From positions 143,403-207,402 of the forward strand of contig JACQZW010000034.1 of NCBI GenBank assembly GCA_016213675.1: 64,000 nucleotides of DNA, given 5' to 3'. This DNA is from Acidobacteriota bacterium (GTDB lineage: Bacteria > Acidobacteriota > Thermoanaerobaculia > Thermoanaerobaculales > Thermoanaerobaculaceae). Shown here piece after piece: positions 1-8,729 of this stretch; position 1 is the first letter of the stretch, and every line of letters begins with the position of its first letter. Under the pieces are notes generated by a model, which saw only the letters and a program-made list of their open reading frames with translations, ran no database searches and had not been told where the DNA came from. A program made the position numbers and the translations under genes.

Positions 1-129
1 CTGGGCGCCGTCCGCCGCTTCGTCGACGATCTCGATGTCGTCGGTCCGCGAGAACAGGCGGCGCATCACGGCACGCACCGTGGACGAGTCGTCCACCAGC
101 ACCACCCGGATCTTGGCCGGGCCGGGCAT
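1..129 (-). CDS. cheB: CheB-like response regulator, N-terminal receiver domain (5' portion only; gene continues beyond window start)
   Basis: Reverse-complement of 1-129 translates MPGPAKIRVVLVDDSSTVRAVMRRLFSRTDDIEIVDEAADGA, the IRVLxVDDS...DIEVVGxAxDG pattern typical of CheB N-termini. ATG overlaps the cheA stop (ATGA) and sits last in the che operon. Confidence 0.55.
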   Translation of the reverse strand, partial: MPGPAKIRVVLVDDSSTVRAVMRRLFSRTDDIEIVDEAADGAQ

Positions 130-2174
130 CAGCGCCCCCCGAGCCGCCGCACCAGGCCGACCAGCTCGGTCGCGTCGAGTGCCTGCTTGGTGAGATACGC
201 GTCGGCGCCTGCCTCGAGGCCTTTCAGCCGGTCTTCCGGGCGTTCGCGGGTGGAGACCACGACGATGGGGAGCTGCGCCAGGTGCGGAATGGTCCGGAGG
301 TGACGGGTGAGCTCGAATCCATCCATCCCCGGCATCTCGATGTCGGTGACCAGGCAGTCGAATGGCTCCTCCGAGAGCCGGGCCAACGCCTCTCCGGCAT
401 CGCCGGCGGCCGCGACGTCGATGCCGGCGTCCTCGAGGAGCCGGCGCTCCATCTCGCGGGTGACCAGCGAGTCGTCGACCAGCAGCACGCGGACGCGGTG
501 CTGGTGAGCCCGGGCGGAAACGATCGGCGTCAGTCGCACCGCCTCTCGCAGGGCCAGGGCCGATGGCGAGAGCACCCCGACGGGCTCTCCGTCCGAGAGC
601 AGCGCCACACCGTCGAGGAGCGCCGTGACCGTTGCCCTGGTCGTGACCGGCCGGACCAGGACTTCCTCCTCGCCGGTCACCGCGTCGACGGCCACGGCCA
701 GGCCCTGGCCGGCCGCCTCGCCCTCGAGCAGGAGCTGCACGCCAGCCGGGGTCTCCCCGAAGAGCTGGGCCAGCGGCACGAACGGCACGAGGCGGTCGCC
801 GAGGTTGGCGAGGAACCGCCCGTCCCGCTCGACCACGGCGGCGGCCGGTAGTCGCCGCGCCGACCGGATCACCCCTCGCGGCAACGCGAAGCGCAGCCGT
901 CCGGCGCGCAGGAGCATTACCGTCTCGCCGCGCCGGGCCGCCGGCACCTCGAGGGTCACGGTGGTTCCCTGTCCCGGTTGCGAGGCGATCGAGACGCTGC
1001 CGCCGACCCGGCCCGCGGCGGCGGCGACGGCGTCGAGGCCGACGCCCCGGCCGGAAACCTCCGAAACCTCATCGCGCGTCGAGAAGTCCGGGGTGAAGAG
1101 CAGCCGCAGCGCCTCGTCGCGGGACAAGGAGCGGGCATCGTCGGCGTCGATCACGCCCCGGGCCACGGCAACCGCGACGATTCGCGCCGGGTCGATGCCG
1201 GCGCCGTCGTCGGCGACGACGATCCGCACCCGTGCACCCATCGCCGCGGCCTCGATGCGCACCGTCCCGTCCCGGGGCTTGCCCGCGGCCACGCGGACCT
1301 CCGGCGGCTCGATCCCGTGGTCGACCGCATTGCGCACGGTGTGGAGCAGCGCCTCCTCGAGCTCGCGGGCGATGCGACGGTCGAGCCGGGTTCCGTCCCC
1401 GCGGGTGACGACCTCGATCTCGCGGCCGAGGGTGCGGGCGAGCTCGCGCGCATGCCGCGCCAGGGTGTGGAAAAAGCCACTGAGGGGTTGGACCTGCAGC
1501 GAGAGGATGGTCTCGAGGTGCGACTCCGCCAGCCGGCGCAGGCGGCGCTGACCGGCCTCGATCTCCAGCGCCTGGCGCCGGATCGACGTGGCCAGGACCG
1601 CGAGCACCTGACCGGGCTGGTCCTCGTGCACGGCCTGCTCGGCGAGCCGAGCAAGCTCGGTGAGCCGCGCCGGGAAGGCAGCAGCCCCGAGGGAGAGGAT
1701 GCGCAGCCGGGTGGCGCGGTCGGCCATCGCGTCGACCGCCGCGGAGTCGAGCCTAATCTCCCCGCTCGCGGGATTCACCATTGCGGGAGTCGGGCTCACG
1801 GCCGCCTGTCCGGTGGGTGCCGTCCCTTCCGGCGCCCAGCGCAGGTCGTCGAGTAGGGCCGCATCGGGTTCGGGATCGGCGCCGCCGGCGATCGCCTCGA
1901 CCATCGCGGCGAGCCGGTCGGCGACCCTCGTGAGCAGCTCCGCGAGTCCCGGCGGCGAGGCCAGCAACGCACCCTCGGCGGCGTGGCACAGCTCGGCGAG
2001 CGGAGCCAGCCGCAGCATCCGTGCGGCCCCCTTGAGCGTGTGGAGCTCCCGCTTGACCTCGACGCTCGCCTTCTCGTCGCTGCCGAGCCGGCCGGCCACG
2101 TCGGCGAGATGCTCGACACGCCCCCGCGCCTCGCTGACGAACAGTGGCAGGAGGTCGACGAAGTCAGGATCCAT
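129..2174 (-). CDS. cheA: Chemotaxis histidine kinase CheA fused to a C-terminal receiver domain (CheA-CheY hybrid, FrzE/CheA3-like)
   Basis: HPt-like N-terminus (MDPDFVDLLPLFVSEARGRVEHL...HTLKGAARM), a P3/HATPase region (HTVRNAVDHGIE, DDGAGID, GRGVGLD), a CheW-like P5 region and a terminal REC domain (VLLVDDS...DIEMPGMDG...GADAYLTKQ). The ORF-table start at 2300 is probably an upstream extension; M43 at 2174 fits the HPt start. Confidence 0.85.
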   Translation of the reverse strand: MDPDFVDLLPLFVSEARGRVEHLADVAGRLGSDEKASVEVKRELHTLKGAARMLRLAPLAELCHAAEGALLASPPGLAELLTRVADRLAAMVEAIAGGADPEPDAALLDDLRWAPEGTAPTGQAAVSPTPAMVNPASGEIRLDSAAVDAMADRATRLRILSLGAAAFPARLTELARLAEQAVHEDQPGQVLAVLATSIRRQALEIEAGQRRLRRLAESHLETILSLQVQPLSGFFHTLARHARELARTLGREIEVVTRGDGTRLDRRIARELEEALLHTVRNAVDHGIEPPEVRVAAGKPRDGTVRIEAAAMGARVRIVVADDGAGIDPARIVAVAVARGVIDADDARSLSRDEALRLLFTPDFSTRDEVSEVSGRGVGLDAVAAAAGRVGGSVSIASQPGQGTTVTLEVPAARRGETVMLLRAGRLRFALPRGVIRSARRLPAAAVVERDGRFLANLGDRLVPFVPLAQLFGETPAGVQLLLEGEAAGQGLAVAVDAVTGEEEVLVRPVTTRATVTALLDGVALLSDGEPVGVLSPSALALREAVRLTPIVSARAHQHRVRVLLVDDSLVTREMERRLLEDAGIDVAAAGDAGEALARLSEEPFDCLVTDIEMPGMDGFELTRHLRTIPHLAQLPIVVVSTRERPEDRLKGLEAGADAYLTKQALDATELVGLVRRLGGR

Positions 2175-2351
2175 GCCGCCGCCCACCCGCCCGGGGAGAG
2201 GGGAGAGGATAGAGGGAAGGAATTCGGGCGCTCGTGCTGCGCGAAGCCGCTGCTCGAAGAGTGGTCGGAGCGAGGGCGAGAGAATGACCACCAACGGCAA
2301 GCAGGGGTGCTGTACCTCTCCCCTCTTCCCTCAGCCCCCTCTCCTGTTCCA

Positions 2352-3983
2352 TCAGATCTTCGACCAGTCGCGGACGTTCACGTCGAAGGCGAACACCGCG
2401 GCGATCCGGTCCTTCACGTCGCGCACCGGCGTGGCGACCGTGAACGTCGGTTCGTGCGTCAGGATCGATTCGTAGATCGGCGTGAGGATCGTCCGCTGCT
2501 CGCGCATCGCCGACTGGAACCACGGGCGCTCACGGAACTCGATACCCGCCTTGACGCCCGACGCCGTGACCCGCTCGGCCGGGATCGCGGGGCTGAAGGC
2601 CATGGTCATCAACGTCCCCTGGACGTCGGTGAGGTAGGCCATCTCGGTGAACGGGTGCTCCTTGATCATCGCCTCGAGCAGTCCGGTCGTTGCCTCGAGG
2701 TGGGCGACCCGCGCGCTGCACTCCTCCGACCAGCGCTCGGCCAGGTGCTTGAGCGACCGCGGCGAGTCGAGGTGGAACGACTGCGTGAGGAGCTGGATCG
2801 ACAGGGCGACGTGGTTGAGACGATCGGCCGCGCCGGAGAAGTGCTTGAGCCCCTCCGCCATCCGCTGGATCACCTGGCTGACCTCCTTCAGCGTGAGGAC
2901 GACCTGATCGGAGGCGGTGCGCTGCTGCTGGGTCGCCAGGGAGATCTCGCGGGCGGCCCGGGCGGTGTCGGCCAGGGCGCCGCGAAGCTCCTCGATGACC
3001 GCGGCCGAGGCCCGGGCGCGCTCGAGCACCCGCGACGCCTCTTTGCTCCCTTCCTCGGTGGCGACGACCGTGGCCCGGATCGACCCGGCGAACTCGTCGA
3101 GCAGGCCGCGCACCGACTCGGCCGACTCGTGCGAGCGCTGGGCCAGGCGCCGGACCTCCTCGGCGACCACCGAGAAGCGACGGCCGTGCTCGCCGGCGGC
3201 GGCGGCCTCGATGGCGGCGTTGAGCGACAGGATGTGGGTTTCCTGGGCGATCTCGGTGATCAGGTCGAGGACGCGGTAGATCTCCTTGGAGCGGGTGCCG
3301 AGCTGATCGGCACGGGCGGCGATCCCGGTGATGCGTTTCTGCACCTCCTCGACGCCCCGCAGTGCCTCGTCGACCGAGGACACGCCGAGATCGCCGCTCT
3401 GCTCGGAGCGAGCCGCCAGCTCGGCCTGGGACGACGCGTTGGCGGCGATCTGCGCGGCGGTGCGCGCCAGCTCCTCCATGGTCGCGGTGATCTCGACGAC
3501 CGCGGCCGCCTGCTGCGACGAGCCGGAGGCCAGCTCGGAGGCGGTGGCGTGGACGGTGTTGCCGGCCGCCGCCACCTCGATGGAGCTGTTCTGGATCTGC
3601 TGGACCAGCGCACCCAGCGCGCGGGCGGCATTGGCGAACGAGGCGGCGAAGCGCTCGGGGAGCTCCTTCGCGTTGGCCAGCGTGCCGGCCACGTTCCCCG
3701 ACTGCAGGTGCTCGAGGCCCCGAGCGAAGGCGGCGTCCGCGCGGGCCTGGTCGGCCCGCTCCGCCGCCAGGCTTCGGGCGGCGGCCCGCTGTGGCAGGTA
3801 CACGGCCGCGAGGTACGCCCCGTAGAGCACGAGGCCGATCGGGACGATGGTACTCATCAGCCAGGTGGGCGCGCCGTGGGCGTGGGCGATGGCCACCGTC
3901 ACGGTGCCGACACCGCCGATCGCGGTGACAAGAAGGAGCCCTGCCGTCGGGCCGTCCAACCACGTCGAGTCTTGTCGGGGCAT
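2352..3983 (-). CDS. Methyl-accepting chemotaxis protein with two N-terminal TM helices, an MA signalling domain and a C-terminal Cache/PAS-like sensory domain
   Basis: Highly conserved MCP hairpin tip (ETHILSLNAAIEAAAAGEHGRRFSVVAEEVRRLAQRS). Hydrophobic N-terminus (LLLVTAIGGVGTVTV...IVPIGLVLYGAYLAAVYL). The C-terminal ~130 aa carry a Cache-like signature (RPWFQSA...LTPIYESILTHEPTFTVATPVRD...AAVFAFDVNV). The ORF start at 4373 is trimmed to M131 at 3983, placing the start 18 nt past the stop of the next gene. Confidence 0.8.
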   Translation of the reverse strand: MPRQDSTWLDGPTAGLLLVTAIGGVGTVTVAIAHAHGAPTWLMSTIVPIGLVLYGAYLAAVYLPQRAAARSLAAERADQARADAAFARGLEHLQSGNVAGTLANAKELPERFAASFANAARALGALVQQIQNSSIEVAAAGNTVHATASELASGSSQQAAAVVEITATMEELARTAAQIAANASSQAELAARSEQSGDLGVSSVDEALRGVEEVQKRITGIAARADQLGTRSKEIYRVLDLITEIAQETHILSLNAAIEAAAAGEHGRRFSVVAEEVRRLAQRSHESAESVRGLLDEFAGSIRATVVATEEGSKEASRVLERARASAAVIEELRGALADTARAAREISLATQQQRTASDQVVLTLKEVSQVIQRMAEGLKHFSGAADRLNHVALSIQLLTQSFHLDSPRSLKHLAERWSEECSARVAHLEATTGLLEAMIKEHPFTEMAYLTDVQGTLMTMAFSPAIPAERVTASGVKAGIEFRERPWFQSAMREQRTILTPIYESILTHEPTFTVATPVRDVKDRIAAVFAFDVNVRDWSKI

Positions 3984-4000
3984 GCCTTCCCTCGCTTTCC

Positions 4001-4291
4001 TCACTCCAGCAGGGCGCGCGGAGGATGGTCCGAATCGACGACCACCAGCGGCAGCCCGCCATGAACCGCCACACCTCGGCAGTGTTCCTGCCAGTAGCGC
4101 CGCATCATCGCGCCGACCGGCCGGATCTCCAGGTCGCGGACCAACCCCACCACCTCGTCGGCCAACAGGCTCGTGGAGCGCAACCCGACCCGCACGCCGG
4201 CGGCCGAAGCGTCGAGCCCGACCACCTGCTCTCGGGGTACGCCCCACAGCGTGAGCCCGCGCCGCAACAGCAGGACCGTCGCCTCGCTCAC
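4001..4291 (-). CDS. Short CheW-like coupling protein (truncated CheW domain)
   Basis: 96 aa with weak CheW-like features (LLLRRGLTLWGVPREQVVG...LPLVVVDS). It overlaps the upstream cheW by ATGA and lies within the che operon. Confidence 0.4.
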   Translation of the reverse strand: MSEATVLLLRRGLTLWGVPREQVVGLDASAAGVRVGLRSTSLLADEVVGLVRDLEIRPVGAMMRRYWQEHCRGVAVHGGLPLVVVDSDHPPRALLE

Positions 4292-4728
4292 GGTGACGCT
4301 CGCAGCGCTTCCAGGTCGATGATGCGGACCAGTCGCCCGCCGATCGTCGTTTCGCCCCGGACCAGCCCGGCACCTCCGGTCACGATGCCCGAGGTCGGAA
4401 CCGCGACGATCTCGACGGCGGCATCGGCGGCGAGGCCGATCAGTTCACGAGCCTCCGCCGAACCGGCCGCCACGACGATCGTCACCGGATAGACGGCTTT
4501 TGCGCCGCTCGGGGCGTTGAGCAGCCGCGCCAGGTCGAGGATCGCGAGCGGTTCGCCGCCGAACTCCGCGAGACCGACGAGCTCGGGGCCGGCCCCGGGC
4601 AGTGGGTGGGTCGGCAGTGCCCTCACGACGCGGCGCACGACCGCGATCGGTACCGCGCAGAGGTCGTCACCGGCTTGGACCAGCAGGCAGGGAACACTGC
4701 CGCCGCCACGCTCTTCCGCGGCTTTCAT
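4288..4728 (-). CDS. cheW: Chemotaxis coupling protein CheW
   Basis: 146 aa with the typical CheW pattern (LLVQAGDDLCAVPIAVVRRVV...GLAEFGGEPLAILDLARLL...RLVRIIDLEAL). It is first in the operon of genes from 4728 down to 1. Confidence 0.8.
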   Translation of the reverse strand: MKAAEERGGGSVPCLLVQAGDDLCAVPIAVVRRVVRALPTHPLPGAGPELVGLAEFGGEPLAILDLARLLNAPSGAKAVYPVTIVVAAGSAEARELIGLAADAAVEIVAVPTSGIVTGGAGLVRGETTIGGRLVRIIDLEALRASP

Positions 4729-4858
4729 GATACGAGAATAGCATCAGGGTGCCAGGGGACAGGGGACAGGGGACGCCGGGACACGGGGACGTGGAACAGG
4801 AAACAGGAAACGGGATGCAAGGGCGGGACCTCCTGGCTCCCGCGGCGGGCTCGACCGG

Positions 4859-6334
4859 CTAGCGAGGGGGCTCGGAGCCGTCGGCGGTGCCGAGAAGGGC
4901 GAGGAGGTCGTCCCGTCGCAGCTTGCCGCGGTCGGAGACCGGCAGCTCGTCGACCAGGACGACGCGGCGCGGCAGCTTGTGCGGGGCCAGACGGTCCCGG
5001 CAGGCCGACAGGACGGCACGCACGGTGAGGTTCGCGCCGGGCTCGACCGCGACGACGGCGGCAACCAGGTCTCCGCGGTGGCGGTCGGGCAGTCCGGTCA
5101 CGACGGCGCCGGCCACCCCGGGGATCGCCTCGAGGACGCGGCGCACCTCGTCGGGATGGACCTTCTTTCCGGCGACGTTGAGGGTCTCGCCGATCCGGCC
5201 CGTCAGCGTCAGCTTACCCTCGGCATCGAACCGCCCGAGGTCGCCGGTCAGGAAGACGCCCGGGGCGAGCACGAGCTCCTCCGGCGCGGGGATGGCTGCC
5301 AGCGCCACCGCGCGCGACCGCACGCGCACCCGGCCCTCGGCGCCGTCGGGCAGGACCCTTCCTTCGGCGTCGACGAGCTCGACTTCGACGCGCGCCATCG
5401 GCGTCCCCACCGCACCGGAGGCGTGAGACGGTGCGCTCGAGCGGTCGTAGGTGATCCCTCCGCACTCGCTCGAACCGTAGAACACGTGCACCTTGCGACC
5501 CGTCGCAGCGTGGAACGCGGCCGCGTCGCGCGGGGCGAGCGGTGCGCCGGCGGCGAGGACCACGCGGAGGCGCGGAAACTCCGGCAACCCGGGGAGCGTC
5601 GCCAGCGCCCGGACCATCGCGGGGACGGCGGGGAAGTGGGCGACGTCCGAGGCGGTGAGCGTGGCGGCAAGCGCGGCCGGGAGGGCGCAGGTCGGGAACG
5701 TCTGCGGCGTGCCTGTCAGCAGGAGCGGCAGCAGGCACGACCCGAGACCGTAGGAGTGGGTGAGAGGAATGGCCGCAAGGGTGACATCCCCACCCCCGAA
5801 GCCCATCGTTCGCATGATCTGCACGCCGTCGGCGGCGAGTTGGCGGGCCGACAGGGCGATCGCCTTGGGGAGGCCCGAGGAGCCGGACGTCAACTTGAGG
5901 ACGGCCGTGCCCTCAGGCAGGGCGACCACCGGCAGGTCGCGCTGCAGGCCGAGCGCGAGCCCGTCCCCCTCCCAGACGGTCTGGCCGGCGATGCGCTCCG
6001 GCGTCGCCAGGACGGCGCCGGCGCCGATGGCCACCGCACAACGTCGGAGCTCGTCGGCCGGAGCCGAGGCGTCGACCAGCGCCACCGGCACGCCGATCCG
6101 GCGGAGCGCCAGGAACGCGCGCACGAATCGCTCGCCGTTCGGCAGCGACAGCACGACCGGGCGCGCCCCGGGCACGCGCGGCCGAAGCTCGCCGGAGAAC
6201 TCGACAGCGGCCCGGGCGAGGGCCGAGCGGGTCGCGGCCGGGCGACCGTCCGGACCGAGGAGCGCGACCGACTCACCGTCGACGCGAGCCAGGGAGAAGA
6301 AGCGCCTGACGAGTGGGCAACGGGTCTCAGGCAC
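4859..6334 (-). CDS. AMP-dependent synthetase/ligase (acyl-CoA synthetase superfamily)
   Basis: AMP-binding motif TSGSSGLPK, YGSSECGG and a C-terminal GKLRRDDL. It overlaps the upstream gene by 8 nt. Confidence 0.8.
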   Translation of the reverse strand: MPETRCPLVRRFFSLARVDGESVALLGPDGRPAATRSALARAAVEFSGELRPRVPGARPVVLSLPNGERFVRAFLALRRIGVPVALVDASAPADELRRCAVAIGAGAVLATPERIAGQTVWEGDGLALGLQRDLPVVALPEGTAVLKLTSGSSGLPKAIALSARQLAADGVQIMRTMGFGGGDVTLAAIPLTHSYGLGSCLLPLLLTGTPQTFPTCALPAALAATLTASDVAHFPAVPAMVRALATLPGLPEFPRLRVVLAAGAPLAPRDAAAFHAATGRKVHVFYGSSECGGITYDRSSAPSHASGAVGTPMARVEVELVDAEGRVLPDGAEGRVRVRSRAVALAAIPAPEELVLAPGVFLTGDLGRFDAEGKLTLTGRIGETLNVAGKKVHPDEVRRVLEAIPGVAGAVVTGLPDRHRGDLVAAVVAVEPGANLTVRAVLSACRDRLAPHKLPRRVVLVDELPVSDRGKLRRDDLLALLGTADGSEPPR

Positions 6335-7325
6335 CCCCGCCTCGCAGGCGGGCGAGCATCGCCTCGGCGGTGGACTGAACGCGCTGTTGGTAGAACTTCT
6401 GGAGCACCTCGCGGACCTCGGGCCACCTGGTCATGATGCTCTCGAGGTCCTCGTGGGAGATCTCGACGACCGTGGCGCGGTCCGACGCGACGATGGTCGC
6501 CGTGCGGGGGCGGCCGGTGAGCATTGCGACCTCCCCGAAGAACTCGCCGGGGCCGAGGGTGGCGAGCTGGAGCGGTCTGCCCGCGGTGTCGTGGGTGTGG
6601 ACGTCGACCGCCCCGTCGGCGATGAGGAACATCGCAGTGCCGGGCTCCCCCTCGCGCATGATCGTCTCGCCGGGCGCGAAGCTCAGGACCGACGTGGAGG
6701 AGAGGAGCTGGTCGAGCGCCGGCCGGGGGAACGCGGCGAAGAACCTCCCGGCGTCGCGCTCCTTCGCCGCCTGCTCGGCCGACACGGACTCGAACGGCTC
6801 CGCCGGGGGCACCGCGGCGACGGCCGGGGCTGCGACCGGCGGCGCCGGCGCCTCGTCCTCGTCGACGACCACGACGTCCTCATCCTCGGCCACTGGCGGG
6901 TGGGCGAACTGCGCGGCGGGCGCGGGTGCCGTCTTGTCGGCACCGCCAGCCGGAACCGCGGCGCGCTCGAGTCGTTCGCGGGAGGCCTTCTCGACCTCCT
7001 GCTGGGCGGTGATCAGGTCGGCAAGCTCGTCGGTGACTTCCTTGCGCGCCGGGTCCAGACGCAGGATCTTGTTGGTCACCGCGATCGCCCGGGCGTAGAA
7101 GCCCTCTTTGGCGTAGTGCTGCGCGAGCTGCCGATAGACGTAGATCGCCTGCTCCCGGTCGCCGGCGAGCCCGAGGATCTCGGCCTGCCGCAGGAGGAGG
7201 TTGAAGCTCTCCGGCCGGCGCTTGATCTCGTCCGTGATCGCTTCTAAGGCGAGCCCGTACTCACGACGGACCAGGTACTGGTCGAGCTGGTCGAAACGTG
7301 GTTTCGGTTTGAACATCATTGCCAC
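6327..7325 (-). CDS. TPR-like N-terminal domain fused to a cyclic-nucleotide-binding (cNMP) domain
   Basis: N-terminal helical repeats (YGLALEAITDEIKRRPESFNLLLRQAEILGLAGDREQAIYVYRQLAQHYAKEGFYARAIAV), an Ala/Pro/Glu-rich acidic linker and a C-terminal cNMP-binding signature (FLIADGAVDV...GPGEFFGEVAMLTGRPRTATIVA). Confidence 0.7.
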   Translation of the reverse strand: MAMMFKPKPRFDQLDQYLVRREYGLALEAITDEIKRRPESFNLLLRQAEILGLAGDREQAIYVYRQLAQHYAKEGFYARAIAVTNKILRLDPARKEVTDELADLITAQQEVEKASRERLERAAVPAGGADKTAPAPAAQFAHPPVAEDEDVVVVDEDEAPAPPVAAPAVAAVPPAEPFESVSAEQAAKERDAGRFFAAFPRPALDQLLSSTSVLSFAPGETIMREGEPGTAMFLIADGAVDVHTHDTAGRPLQLATLGPGEFFGEVAMLTGRPRTATIVASDRATVVEISHEDLESIMTRWPEVREVLQKFYQQRVQSTAEAMLARLRGGGA

Positions 7326-8653
7326 CCCAGTCGGTCCGCGACGGCCCGAGCGGCCGCGCGCGCCTCGCGACGGACTGCAGCCGCATCGGCCGAGACGAGC
7401 TCGCCGTCACGCACGACGACACGACCGTCGACGATCACGTGGCGGACGCTCGCGACCCCACCACCGTACACCACCATGGCCGCCGGGTCACCGCCCGGTT
7501 CCATCGCCCAGGTGTCGGCGCGGAGCACCACGACGTCGGCTCGACGACCTGGCTGGAGCGAGCCGATCTCGTCGCCCAGTCCGATCGCTGCTGCGCCTCG
7601 GCAGGTCGCGAGCTCGAGCACTGTCCACGGGTCGAGGGCGCACGCGCCGTAGCGGAGGTTGTGCAGGGTTCCGGCCAGCGCCATCTCGTGAAACACCGAG
7701 AGGCGGTTGTTGCAGGGCGGACCGTCGGCCCCGAGCCCGATCCGGGCACCTGCGGCCAGCAGTCGCGGGACGTCGGCGATCCCGGACGCAAGCTTGAGGT
7801 TCGCTCCCGGGCAGTGGGCAACTCCAGTGGCATGCGCGGCGAGGAGCCCGATTTCGTGGTCCTCGAGATGCACGCAGTGGGCAAGCACCGTGTCGCTGCC
7901 GCCGATACCCAAATCGGCCAGAAACTCGACGTTACCCATCCCGCTGACCTCGCGCACGAGCGCGGTCTCGACCGGGTTCTCGCTCGCGTGGGTGTGAAGC
8001 AGGTAGCCGTGCCGGCGGGCCAGGCTCACTGCACCGGCCATCAGCTCGCGGGTGCAGGACAGGACGAAACGGGGCGCGACGGCGTAGCGCAGGCGCCCGG
8101 CGGCTGCGCCGTGCCAGCGGGCGCCGAGCCGTTCTGCCTCGGCCAAGGACTCGTCGGTATCCTCGAGAAGCCCCGGCGGCACGCCTTCGCCGACGTCCAT
8201 GTGGCACTTTCCGGACGCGAACCGGATGCCCAGCTCGTCGGCCGCCGCGAAGATCCCATCCTGATCGTGAGTCGTTCCCATGTCGAGGGCGGTCGTGGTG
8301 CCCCCGGCGAGCAGCTCGGCGATGCCCAGACGTGCGGCTGCGCCGACCTCGCCGCGCGAGAGAGCGGCCTCGTACGGCCAGATGCGCTCCCGCAGCCAGG
8401 GCAGTAGGGCCAGCCCCTCCGCCCGGTTGCGGACCAGGCTCTGGACGACGTGCACGTGGGCCTGAACGAAGCCGGGAAGGACCAGCGCATCCGTCGCGTC
8501 GACGATCTCGGCGCCCGCGGGAGCCGGGATGGTCGCCGCGACCTCGGCCACCCTGCCGTCCGCGAGCCGGACATCCGCGGTGGCCCATCGGCGCGTGCCG
8601 TCGAGCGGTACCACCGTCCCACCGCGAACGACAACCGTCCCCTGACTCGTCAT
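7316..8653 (-). CDS. Amidohydrolase-family metal-dependent deaminase/chlorohydrolase (MtaD/guanine deaminase/SsnA-like)
   Basis: GFVQAHVHVVQS HxH metal-binding motif and HTHASE, with a TIM-barrel amidohydrolase layout. ORF-table start 8689 is trimmed to M13 (MTSQGTVVVRGGTVV). Confidence 0.75.
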   Translation of the reverse strand: MTSQGTVVVRGGTVVPLDGTRRWATADVRLADGRVAEVAATIPAPAGAEIVDATDALVLPGFVQAHVHVVQSLVRNRAEGLALLPWLRERIWPYEAALSRGEVGAAARLGIAELLAGGTTTALDMGTTHDQDGIFAAADELGIRFASGKCHMDVGEGVPPGLLEDTDESLAEAERLGARWHGAAAGRLRYAVAPRFVLSCTRELMAGAVSLARRHGYLLHTHASENPVETALVREVSGMGNVEFLADLGIGGSDTVLAHCVHLEDHEIGLLAAHATGVAHCPGANLKLASGIADVPRLLAAGARIGLGADGPPCNNRLSVFHEMALAGTLHNLRYGACALDPWTVLELATCRGAAAIGLGDEIGSLQPGRRADVVVLRADTWAMEPGGDPAAMVVYGGGVASVRHVIVDGRVVVRDGELVSADAAAVRREARAAARAVADRLGWQ

Positions 8654-8729
8654 GCGGACGATTCTCGGAACACGGCAGCGGCGTGTCAAGGCGAGGCGGT
8701 CCGGACCCGGGCGCCGCTATACTCGGCCG

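Noticed and set aside
2174-2300. N-terminal extensions in ORF-table entries: cheA from 2300, MCP from 4373, KS-beta from 24747, SDR from 45600, PEPCK from 30008, ECF sigma from 10928
   Set aside because: The extensions overlap upstream genes, lack coding bias or motifs, and a downstream in-frame start coincides with the beginning of the conserved domain. I trimmed these to the internal starts.
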